Assembly: GCF_036321535.1 (NCBI RefSeq)
Contig: NC_087459.1
Span: 7,998,001-8,062,000 of the forward strand
DNA: 64,000 nucleotides
Source of the DNA: Camelus dromedarius
Taxonomy: Eukaryota
Direction: 5' to 3'
Of this stretch, positions 13,301 through 25,300 are shown in pieces (positions within the stretch are counted from its first letter, which is position 1; every line of letters starts with the position of its first letter). Position numbers and translations under genes: made by a program. The notes beneath the pieces were generated by a model, which did not search any database, was not told where the DNA came from, and worked only from the letters and a program-made list of their open reading frames with translations.

Positions 13301-16300
13301 TAAGGCACCACGGTGAAGGCAGCTGGAGCGAGGAGGAGATGGCAGTGGACGAGAGCAGGACGGCCAGGTGCACAAAACAAACCCACCACCCAGAGGTTAC
13401 CAGGCCCCTGGAGAGGGTGAAGTTGGGTTGCGGGTCGGTCCCCAGCCAGCAGGAGTGCACAGGTCACAGATGGGAGGCCAGGAGGGAGACGGGGGAGCCA
13501 CACCCTCACAGCACCTGCCACCAGGAGGGATACTTGCCCAACTGGCTGGACGCCAGGGCCTTCAGGGAGGGTGAAGACAGCAGAGAGGCCGCTGCCTTAA
13601 AGAGAGTCATGTGCCGGGTGGGGAGCACATGTGTGCAGAGGGGACCACCGACCCAGGTCCACACCTGAGAAACAGTCCAGGGCTCACCTGTACTGGAACC
13701 TCCGGGGATTCCGCCGTCGGTCCCGGCTGTTGTGGAAGTGCGGGCACGCGTAGCCCTGGCGGCAGAGGCGTGGGGGCTTGGGGCACTGCTCAGTCTTGTA
13801 GCTGCCTAGCACGAAGTTGGTGTCTGAAAAACAGGGGTCCCCCAAAAACGTGCACACACGTGCTCACATGGCAGCCATGAAGCCAAGAGGTGCCCATCAA
13901 TGGGTGATGGATAAACACCACGTAGCCCAGACACAAAGCAGAGTGTTACTTGGCCAAGAGGAGGAGTGAAGCACTAACACACGCTACAGCGTGGCTGAGC
14001 CTTGAACGTGTGATGCTCAGAGAAAGAAGCAGACACACAGGCACATACTGTATGACTCTACTTACAGGAAACGTCCAGAATAAGCAAATCCACAGATAGT
14101 AGATCAGAGGGTGTCGGGGGCCAGGGGCGGGTGGGGAGTGACTGACGGTGGGGAGGGGGCTCTTTGGGGAGACTAGATAGTTTTAGAACTAGATGGAAGT
14201 GATGCATACACAACACAGCAAAACCCCTGGAAATGGACACTTTAAAGTGGTGTATTTAACCCCAAGGTAAACCACCGGCTTTGGGTGATGCTGCTACATC
14301 AACACAGGCTCCTCGGCTGTGACAAATGTCCCTGCCGAGGTGGGGGTGCCGTGTGGGTGGAGGCAGCCGGTACGTGAGAACTCCCTGGACTTTCCACAAT
14401 GTGGACACTCAACTTCTCTAAAAGATAAAGTTTATTTTTTAAACGGCTCATTTCATGATACCTGAATATTATCTCAGGGCAAAAATAAACAGAAAACCAT
14501 GAGGGGTCATTGAAAAGCAGTAACTGATGAGAGAAGATTCTTGAAAACCATACCCATTCTTGGGCTGGTTAATAACTGACCTCCTGGTTTTGTTGTTTTT
14601 AACAAGGGCCGTTGTTTTTAATTACGCTTGCGCAGCTGGGCCCAGTCAAGGCGTTGAAGGAAAGATGGTGGGTGCGGGGAGCTGTGCATCACACCCCACT
14701 GACCAGGGAGCTGGCAGCACCACACGTCCCTCCATGTCAAACTCAGTTCCAAATAACTGATTAAATGACAGGGAACGTTAGCCACACGGCAAGACATGGA
14801 GAGAACAGGGGCAGTTTGAACAGAAGGGACAATTTTAAGAAAATAAAAGTTGTAGAACAGAGGGGTGGGTAGAGCTCAGTGACAGAGCACATGCTTAGCG
14901 TGCACGAGGTCCAGGGTTCAATCCCCAGTGCCTCCATTAAAAAAAAAAGATTCAAGAAAAAATGTAGAACATTTCTTCACAAGTATTGATCAAGGGCCTT
15001 GAAAAGACACAAGGTCCTGCACAGAGTGACACAAACCACAAAAAAGGGAGTGGTGTGGTAATGCCCATGAGTCACAGGGGCCCTGGGACGCCCAGGTGTG
15101 GGTGATGGATGAACAGGTCCAGCCAGATGTGGGGTATTACTCAGCAATAGGAAGAAACATGCCACCACATGCCAAAGAGACCTGGGGAACCCTGAATGCA
15201 CAGCACTAAGTGTAAAAGCAACACACTGTGTGACCCCAACAATGTGGCAGAACAATGGGGTGAAAGATTGGAAGTCGCCGGGGTGGGGAGGGACGAGCCG
15301 CAGAGTATAGAGGGTCTGAGGGCAGTGACACTATCCCGTGTGACACCCTAAGGAGGGATCTTTGTCATCACATTTGTGCCCACACCCAGAGAATGCAGCA
15401 CGTGGGCCAGGCCTGAACCCTGGTGTGAAATGTACAGTCAGTTAACCACCATGTATCAAGACTGGTTTCTCAACTATAACAAATGTCACCATGTCAAAGG
15501 AAGAGGTTCCTGCCAGGGCAACTGGGAACTCTGCCCTGACTGTGCAATTCCTCTATAAACCGAAAGCTTCCATAAAAAAAAGGTCTACTAATTAAAAATC
15601 CAGACCACCACCCATGGGTGGAAAACGAAAATGTGGAAGCAACAGGCTGGAGCAGCTCTTCTGAGGGAGGAGGGGGTGTCAGTGCCACTGGTTTAATCTG
15701 AACACTGGGAGAGCGGGAGCCAGGGCACCTAATGTTCAGGACACAAATCTTGGGCGCAGGCACTGAAGGTTCCCTAGCCTGACCCTGTCCAGGCGTCTCT
15801 TCCCTGCTTTCCTTTCTCAAGCTCAGTCCACCTGTCGGTGATGAGGGGACCCACACCCCTACCTGTGCCCTGACCGGAGCCCACAGGTGCTCAGTACCAG
15901 ACCAGGGAGGCCAGCGGGCTGGAACACAAGAAAGGAAGTTCCAGAAGGACAAGAACCCCCAGGTGCCGGCGAGCAGGGAGCTGCAGGCACAGACCTTCCT
16001 CTGTGGGGAGCCTGTTCCCCCACAGCGACACTGCAACACAGGGACAAGCACAATGGCACAGTGGGTCCCCACCCCCTAGAGACCACCAGAGGCCAGGCTC
16101 TGCAGCTGGGGCCAGGCCTGAGCCTGGGCGCACCAGGCATATCACCACAGAGGGCGGAGGGGCTGGGAGGGAGGCCTGGGCAGCTACCTTTATTAATTCA
16201 ACCCTGAACCCAGGGTGGGCACAGGATTTGACAAGTGGAGGAAAGACACTTGGGAATTCACTGCTGAAGTAACCACAGCTTTGAGGTGTTCATGCACCTG

Positions 16301-19300
16301 AGAGTGAAGGTGGTCTGAGGACACACATCATCACTCACAAGGGTCCCTGAAACCCTCACTGTCCTCAGGAGACGTCGGAACAGGCAGCTTCATAGAGACA
16401 GAGCCAAGCTGGTGGGTGTCAGGGGCCGGGAAGAGGGGGACCAGTAACGGAGATGGGTTTCCATCCAAGGTAATAGGAATGTTCTGGAACCAGATGGAGG
16501 TGACAGCTGCACAGCACAGTGGGTGTACTAAACACTACTGACCTGCTACTTTAAAATGGTCAGAATGGCAAATTTATGTTATGAGTATTTTGCAATTAAA
16601 AAAAAAAATCTCACTGCACATAGCCATCATCTGTGGAGGCTGCTGGGGACATGAGTCCCACTGCCCCGATGGACTCAGCCGGGAATTCACATTTCAGACA
16701 AACCACAGGGACCCAGATGCAGCTGATCTGAAGGCCACGTGGAGCCCACAGGGCAAGCATGAGGCAGAACACCAGCCCGGCTCCGGGACTGGACATGCAG
16801 TCCCCCTCCCCAGAGCAGCCTGGGGACCAGACGCCTGGGCTCAGATCCCACCTGGTCACATGCTGTAGAGGGGCAGAGGGTAACATGCTCGAACAAAGCC
16901 TTGTTTCCCCACCCAGCCTGTCAACAGGGCAATGAGGTCCCCAGTATGGGCACTTTACAGACAGAGCTGAGCTCCCCAACCCCCTCTCGGGGCAGCCGCA
17001 GGGTTACCTTGCCACCGGGGGTCCTCACCCAGGATCTTCTCCATCATGGCCTGGCTGGCCAAGACCCCGGGCTGCAGATCAGGGACGCCATCCCCGCCAC
17101 CGAGCTGGCCATTCTGCAGGGCTTCCTGGGCCTGCAGCTCCCTGCAACCAAATGATACGCGGTTACAGCTCCATGGCCCGTCTGAAGCCTCTGAGGGGAA
17201 GAGATCCGCTGGGCCCTGCAGCTTTACAGAGCCACCTCTGAGTCACTGGAGATGCCAGCTGCCTAAGAGTTCAGAATGTGTGGCCTGTGGCCTCAGCGCC
17301 CCATCCTGAGGCCACGGTCTTGGCCCAGATTGCAGCAGCCTCAGCCGAGAGTGCTTGTTGAGGACTTGTGGTTCACAAGCTCCCTTGCACCCATGTCAGC
17401 AGGAAGGAAATGGGTCACTTTTTCCTTAGAAATAAAACCAAGGCCCAGGAAGAGTGACCTGAGGCAAGTGACACCTGTAACATGGGGAGGAGGGCAGTGC
17501 CCAGCGCAGGACGCCCACTTACCTGATGTCACACACCGGCGGCCGCAGGTCCAGGGGGCCGTGAGCGAAGGCACAGTGCAGCCCGTTCTTTACACAGTGG
17601 CCCCGGGCGTCTGTCTCGTGGATGCACGTGCCCGTCTTGTAGTAACGCAGGTGGTACTTGCGCTCTGTGTCCCCGGTTGTCCGGTGCAGATATGGACACC
17701 TGGAGGGCAGAGGACAACACGCGTCGTCTGGGCCATAGGGCCACTGTGGGGTCACCCTGCACCCTGCTGGCTGGTTCTCATCTCCTTCACCCATGGAAGG
17801 AGGAACATCACCTGTCCCTGCTTGGACTCTCCCCTACAGCACTCAGAACCCCACAAACCCCTCAATTACACGTGGTAGAAAAACGTGACACCCAAGTTCC
17901 CTGAAAATCATCCTTCACAATTTTTTGAATAAAGTGGAAAAACAAAGCCCTCCCTGGATGCAGTGTCATTCATTTTACCGATGAGAATTATCAGATAAGG
18001 GACTGGTGGCTTCTCCCATCCCCGTCGTCAAGGGAGGGGGAAGGAGCCTGGACACGGCTGGAGGAGAATGCTGTGGGGACACAAGCTGGGGAGAAGCAGA
18101 TGGGGGAGGCATGGATGGGGCAGCGTCACACGGGCCACGTGCAGTCCCAGAGTCACGCACTCCCAGGGAGTCTCACATGGCTCCCAGAGCAGCAACAGAC
18201 TCGCGCTGCAGGGAGGTGGTGGCTGCACAGGTGGCATGAATGGTCCTGGCACAGGCAGGGCAGGGGACTGAGCTGGTCTCAAGGTCGAGCCCTCCAGACA
18301 AGAGCCACAGACACAGAGGGGAGGGGACACACAAAGGACCCCGAGCAGCCCCAGAGTGGCCTATGGCTGACGCAAGGCCATGGGTCCTAGTCCCCAGATC
18401 TAAGGACAAGGCCTGCATCCCCAGCAATGGCCGGGCAGCACCATGTGGGGCTTGGAAGGGCCCACTCCCTCTTCACTGTCTGGCAGGCTGTGGAACTGTG
18501 AACCCAGGCACTGGGAGCACCTGTTGGGGGGGGGTCTCCCCATGCAGAGCACAGATGGTGGTACTCTGACACTGAACAAGACTGAAAGTAAAAGAAAAAA
18601 TGACTTGGGGACCAACCAATCTAAACCCCCACATTATAAGACGAAGAAATAGAGGCTTAGAGTTGGGATATCTCACCCCAGACCTCATGGAGCCCCTGGG
18701 GTGTGCAGGCTGTGAAGGGGAGACAGAGAGGATGCCATGCCCTACCAAGTCCCTGGGTCCCCTGGAGCCAACCAAGCAAAAGTCAAATGCTAAGACCACG
18801 TGGGCCCAGCAGTCCCATCTCCAGATGCACACAAAACGGCTGGAAGCCGTGTCTCGAAGAGATACGTGTGCCCTCACTATCAGAGCAGCACGATTCACAA
18901 CAGCTCAAAGCTGGAAACAACCCAAGTGTCCACTCACTGATAAATGGATGAGCAGAACGTGGTCCACCCAGTGGAATAGGACTCAGTATAAACAGGAAGG
19001 AGGCACCAACACAGGCTACAACATGGAGGAGCCTCAAGACATTATGTTAAGTGAAAGAAGCTAGACACAAAGGGACATACACTGGGTTAGTCCACTCACA
19101 CGAGGTCTCTAAAGCAGGCAAGTTCATAGTAACGGAAAGTAGAAGGGGGGTACCCGGGCTGCAGCGGGGAGTGAGTGTTTAATGGGACAAAGTTTGGTGT
19201 GTTTTTCTTTTTTTTTTTTTTGGCGGGCGGGAGGAGGTAATTAGATTAATTTATTGATTGACTTACTTATTAATGTATTTTTTAATGGAGCTACTGGGGA

Positions 19301-22300
19301 TTGAAACCAGGACCTTGTGCGTGTTAAGCACATGCTCTACACTGAGCAATACCTCCCCCCAGGACAGAGTTTCTGTTTGGGAGGATGAAAAGAATCTGGA
19401 AATAGACAGTGGTCATGGTTACATAACAGTGTAAATGCAATTAATGCCACTGAGTTGCACACTTACAAGATGGTTGAAATGGCAAATTTTATGTTATATG
19501 TATTTTATCACAACTTTAAACAACGCCCACTGGAGACTGACAGAGGAGAGAGACAGACAGAGAGATCGTCTCTGTTTTTAACTGAGATACATCACACCTA
19601 CAGGAGTGTGAACACGTCACACCTGAACAGCCTGTGGCATTTCACAAACCAACACCTAAGTGATGGCACCCAGACCAAGAGGATGGAACACGGCCAGCCC
19701 CCTGGGTGCCCCTCAATGAACACACGGGGGAAGATGACCACACTCTCCTGTGAGCGGCAGGAACTAGAAATAAGGCAATTCCTTGCGCCCAGAGGGAATT
19801 CCTCTAATAAACTCTGTAAATACTTCTGGGGTAATCCCAGAAGTCGGTACCAATCACCAGAGATCTGAGGGAATAAGGAAAAGCGGAAGATGGAGAAAGG
19901 AGGACACAAGACAACCTGGCTCCCACTTTGTAAAAAGAGAAAAGACAGAAACTTTAGAAGAATTATTACTGTATCATATGTAAATATGAAGAAGGAAACA
20001 CCACATGTGCAGACAGTGCTCTATGTGGCTGAGGACAAGCTGATTCCTTCCTGTTCCCAACAAGAAGTTCCAAGAAACATTTTCAGGAGGTGAGAGAGAA
20101 ATGGTCAAATACCTACTTAGGATTTTTTACTATATTAGGTACTGATGCATCCTTGTTTAAAATTCCTTACTACAGAGTTCCATTTAGCGTTTCAAGTTCT
20201 CCCATGCATCTTCACACCAGTGCTGGGATATAGCTCGGTCTCTGGGAGCCCAGAGAGGTGAGGCTGTTGTGGAGCCTGTTCTAGGACAAGGAACCCCCCC
20301 AACTTCTCACATAAATATATAGACTAACATCACTAACAAATAAAAACATGTAGAAATAAAGATGAGGAACTCAGAGGACAACGGGCTAGAGAAATAAACA
20401 AGGCATTTACAAAGGAGAAAATGCAACCAGTCTCGACCACTAAGAGGCACTCCTCTTGCTTCTGATGAGACAAATGCACCAAGAGGCCACCAGGGCTGAA
20501 CCCCAAGTGCAGCACTCAGGCAAAGTGACACTGCTGCCGGCAGAAATGCCAAGTGACAGTCACCAAGAGGATAGATGCGCTCACCCTCTGACCCAGGATT
20601 CCCCAAAGACAGACTGGCAAAAAGAGATAAAACAACATACTGTTTGTAATCACCAAAGGCTGGAGACAACGGAGTTGTGATATGAACATCAAGGGAGCTC
20701 AGTGCAGCCTGGAGGAATGGGTAGTCCTTGAGGACAGCTATGGCGGGGGCGCCAGGAAGTACCATGAGGGAGAAAGCACTAAGAAAAGGGACTGCAGCAC
20801 ACTACAGTTTACATCGTACGATGAGAGGTAAGAATACAGATGTATCTGCTTATATCAAAAATTACAGAAGGAGGAGTTATTGTTTCACAGGGACAGAGTT
20901 TCAGTTTGAAGATGGAAAAGTTCCGGAGGTGGATGGTGGTGATGGCTGCACAACAATGTGAATGGACTCAACGCCACTAAACTGTACACTTAAAAAAGCC
21001 AGGCTAAGAGATTTAATGTTATGTATGTTTCACTACAATAAAAAATACAATGATGTAAGCTAATAGGAAAGCGGCCATTTCACAAAAACATAGTTTCAAT
21101 CCTCAGAAATACTCATGCATCTACTGTAAGGTAAGCAAAACACATTTCAGGGTCTGAGGAAAGAGGGACCAGCAGAGCTAAGCTGAGGCAGGGTCTGCAG
21201 GTTTATCTGGGGAGCCCACCCACAGAGCTGCACCAGGGCAGGACCACATGGCCCTAATCATCGCAGGCGCACCAGCTGCAGGGGTGGCAGAGGCTGCGCC
21301 CCCACAGCTCCAGGGAGTGGATGCAGTGGAAGCCTCGGCTCTCTCGTTTTCTAATGTTCCCCAGTGGTCCCTCAGGTCAGCTCTAAGCATCGTTTTGTTT
21401 CCTTGCCAGTACCATCACCATGGCAACCAGAGCCTGGCCAAGGTCTCCCCTCTCCCCAGCACCTAGCACCGAACGGGGACTAACATTTCACTCAGGGCAT
21501 GTCACCTCCCGCTTATTACACAACTTAAGAGCATGAGCTGAGCTTAAAATACTGGAGAAGATTTAATGAAAAGAAAATGACTTCACCTAAGAATGTCTAA
21601 GAGACAAAAGGGAAAACCTCAGAACACAGTGGCAGAGCCTGGACCCTCCTCGGGGTGGGGAAGAGGCTGGCGGAACCCCAGGGGTCAGCCAACAGAGCGG
21701 GCAGATGCTTCCTTGCCCCAGGAGTTCACTCATCCATCCCCAGGGCCACCGTGTAGCTGACTGGTGGAGTCACTGACAGCCCTGCAGCACCTGTAATGTG
21801 ACCAAGTGTGACTCAGCTCTGCAGCTCGCCAAATTCAAGGTGGCACCTGTGGTTCCCAAACCCACCCACCACAAGTGGTGACCCAAAGAGCAGAATTCAA
21901 ACAGGCCTCCATGGGATGATGTGATCCAGGAGCACATGCCAGACACAGGCCTGGAACCACGAAACCAAGAGGTGGCGCAGAGAGGAACTTGCCGGGGGCT
22001 CAAGCCTGCCACCTGTCTCCAGGAGAACCCGAAATTGTCCCTCTCCCTCCCGCTATTCACTCAAAACAGAAGTGGACCCACAAACTCAGACCCACTATGC
22101 ATCAACACTGGTTAAGCCAGGCCAGAGCAGGATGGAACCACCTGGAAGTTCTGCTAACCCCAGGCTGTCTGATCCCGCTCGTCCCGGCAGGAACCTTGGA
22201 TCTTATCTGCGGCAAAGTTCCCAGGTGATGATGTTGCTGCTGGTCTGGGGCTGCAACAGGAGAATCACTGGGCTTGGAGAGACCCTCAAGTACGTGACTC

Positions 22301-25300
22301 TCTCCTGGTCCTCCAGGAGCTCAGGCACAGGAGGGGACCAGAATATAGCACACAAGTAACTGAGATGCAAACTGACTGGAACCGAGCAGCCTCACTCAAG
22401 TTCAGAAAATGAGTGGCAACAGAAAGACGGGAGAAGGAAAGACAATTGTGGGGAGCAGGGGCACGGGAGTGGGGAAGGCAAAAAGGTGGGGCTAGTGGGG
22501 AAAAGTCTGAATGTCCCCCTCTCTTGGACACTCAGGGTCAGGGGCTATCAGCTCACCCTGTGTTGACCACGCCCACCCATTCAGGCTGGTGCCCCTCAGC
22601 CTCTGGCTTCCAAGGGCTGCCCTGGGCTCCTGAGACAGGTCAGTGACCCCTCATTAGTCCCTAACATGGACCATCAGCCCAGCAACAAGTACACCTCCCT
22701 CCTCTGCACCCACAAAGCTGTCACTCTCTCCAAGGAATCTGTCTCTCTGCAGAGGCCGTCTCCCCACTGGCTTCCAAGGAGCACCAGAGCTCCCTGTGCT
22801 GGATGCTTCCTCCAGGTCACCTCCTCAGTCCCCTGCCCGTGTCACTGAAAGCAGGAGGGACTGAAGTGCTGCAGTCAGCGTTGGTCAGTCTCTTACAGCT
22901 CCAACATAGACACCTGATTGTAATTTCCTTAAGTAGGACAACTTGTAAACCAAAAAGTGTGTGTCTTCTAATCTGTAAATAGCCCCTTGACTTCTAAATA
23001 TTATGCTCTGATGTTCCAGACCTGCCCTGGCTTTCTCCTTACCCCAAAAGCCCAAGCAGAGTTCACGCATAAGATCAGTTGAAACAACAACAGTTTATAA
23101 CCCTCCTGAAATGAATGCATTTTCAACTAGGTCTTAGGGTCTAGGACACCCAGCTTTTTAAAATTAAACATTGCAAGAGCATCTCTCAACAGACAAGTCA
23201 GGCTAAGGATGAGTATGACACAGCCAGCACACCAAGCCTCGGAGGTGTAGAAAAGTTTCTGTAAGTCAGCAAGCTCCCACAGTGCCCAGATTCGTGGCTG
23301 GAAGGCCCCTCAACTCACACATCGTCCACCCAGGCGACAAGGGGCCCGTGCCCCCAGGTGCCCCATATGCAGTGAGGAGGGAGGGGCCTGTAGGGAGAAG
23401 CACCAGGCTGCCAGGTGAAACCATGGTAGGGAGCCCTACAAACAGTAAGGCAGAACTCTAGAGCCAACCTGGGAAGCTACAGCACACTAATGCAGCAGGA
23501 CGGTTTCTTACTAAAACCAAGAAAATCTATAAAATGTGATCTGGAGGACCACCCCCAGGGACTGCCTGCCTAGGGCAGAAGGAAGGTTATCAGAAAAGAG
23601 GAAGGTTACTTTCTACAAGATACAGTTAAGGACTGCTTGAACTGTCTTCCAATGGAAACATTCCCAGGGAGAGGCCCCTCAGACTCCTGCGGGAGCCTTT
23701 TCTTTTTATGCGTCTGACCTTCACGCACAGGGGTCTCCTGGAGGAGAGAGGTACCAACCACACCTAGGTTCTCTGTGTGAAAACCAGCCCTGATGATCTG
23801 CGGCCGTAGGCAAGCAGGACCAGACGGGAGGCCGGGGCGGTCCACACCCTGTGCCCAGCTCAGAGAGGCTTTCAGGATGTGACTGGACCCCAAGAAACCT
23901 CCGACCAATTGGCGCTTTCCTCCAAGCCCCAGCCTAAGAAATACCTGAGACCGATCTACGTGGGTGGGAACACCGACCCAGTGGGGCTGGGCCTGACCCC
24001 AAGTTCGGAGGCGGCGCCTGCTCTGCCAGCTCGTTCTGGGCCGACTCGCTCTGGGTGGACTACAGACTGCGCGCTGCGAGCAGCGGACCCAGACGATCCC
24101 GCCAAGCAGTGGGGAGACCAGTTCCCACGGGGGCGGGGCGGCGAGCACGTGACCCGGAAGGCCAATCGCAGCACGCGCAGGGGAGGGGGCGTGTCAGCCA
24201 GAACAAAGGGCGAAGCGAGAGGGAGAACCTCGGGGCTCGAGCGTAGAGGGGCCCTCCCGGCCACAGGGTGCCCGCCCTGCGGGGGTGACAGTGGGGGGTG
24301 ACGGCAGGGGAGGGGCCAAGGAAGGCGGGGTGACAGAGAGGAGGGGGGGTGACTGCCCGAGGAGAAAGGGGATGACAGCGGGGGACTACCCATAGGTGAT
24401 AGCTGGAGTAGGTGGCGGTGACTGTGGGGGAGGCGGTCACTGGGAGGAGAATGACAGTGAGAAGGGAAGGATGACTGACCACTCGCCAATGAAAAGGGGT
24501 GACAACGGGGGTGTGAGAAGGGGAGGAGAGTGACTGCTCACCAATGAAAGAGGGTGACAGCAGGGGAGGGGGCCACAGGAGGAGGGGTGACAGCAAGGGG
24601 GGGGGAAATGACTGCATGCCTAGAAAAGGAGTTGACATCAGGTGTGCCAACCCTCTTGGGGGTCCCATCCTCTCCTGCCTACCACTCAGCCCCACAGTGC
24701 CCCCATCAAGCTCTGAGAACAACCTTGGATGCTTATATCACCTGACACTGCCTGAAGGGTCTTTGCTCTTTGACATATATTCATGATTTAAAACAAAAGG
24801 TTGGTAGTAAATATGCCTCAAATAGACATTTCAAGAACCAATGAACTGAAATAAAAGGAAGGCCTTTTCCTTGCTCTGAAAGGTAGTATCTATTTACAGA
24901 TTCCATGGCAACCCTGCCTGGGCCAGAATATGTAATTCAACAGAATGAACTCTGGGAAAGTCCATTCTGGTGGAACGAGGGGTAATTATTAAGGAAAGAT
25001 TCCCAGGGGAGACATGTGGCCTGTCAAACACTTTCTATGGGGCTGAAGCAATTCACCTCATGGGCTCAATAAAAGTCACAAACAAAATCTTTAGAAAAAC
25101 ATGTGTATTTCCATACTATGTGTACATGTACACAGGATGCATCCAAAATAGTATCAACCATTGTAGTCCCACTCTTCTTCTAAATGACAACCTACATGCT
25201 ATGTAGGTTACATGTTAATATTTTCATAGTAAGTAACTGCAATATTACTGAATCAATATTTGAGCCCAGCTTAAAATGACCATCCACAGGTAGGTGTTCA

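Noticed and set aside
21414-24912. Isolated RFX-like (CCATGGCAAC at about 21418 and 24903) and CTCF-like (CCAAGAGGTGGCGC at about 21965) matches
   Set aside because: Single short motif hits are expected by chance in 64 kb, and there is no supporting cluster.
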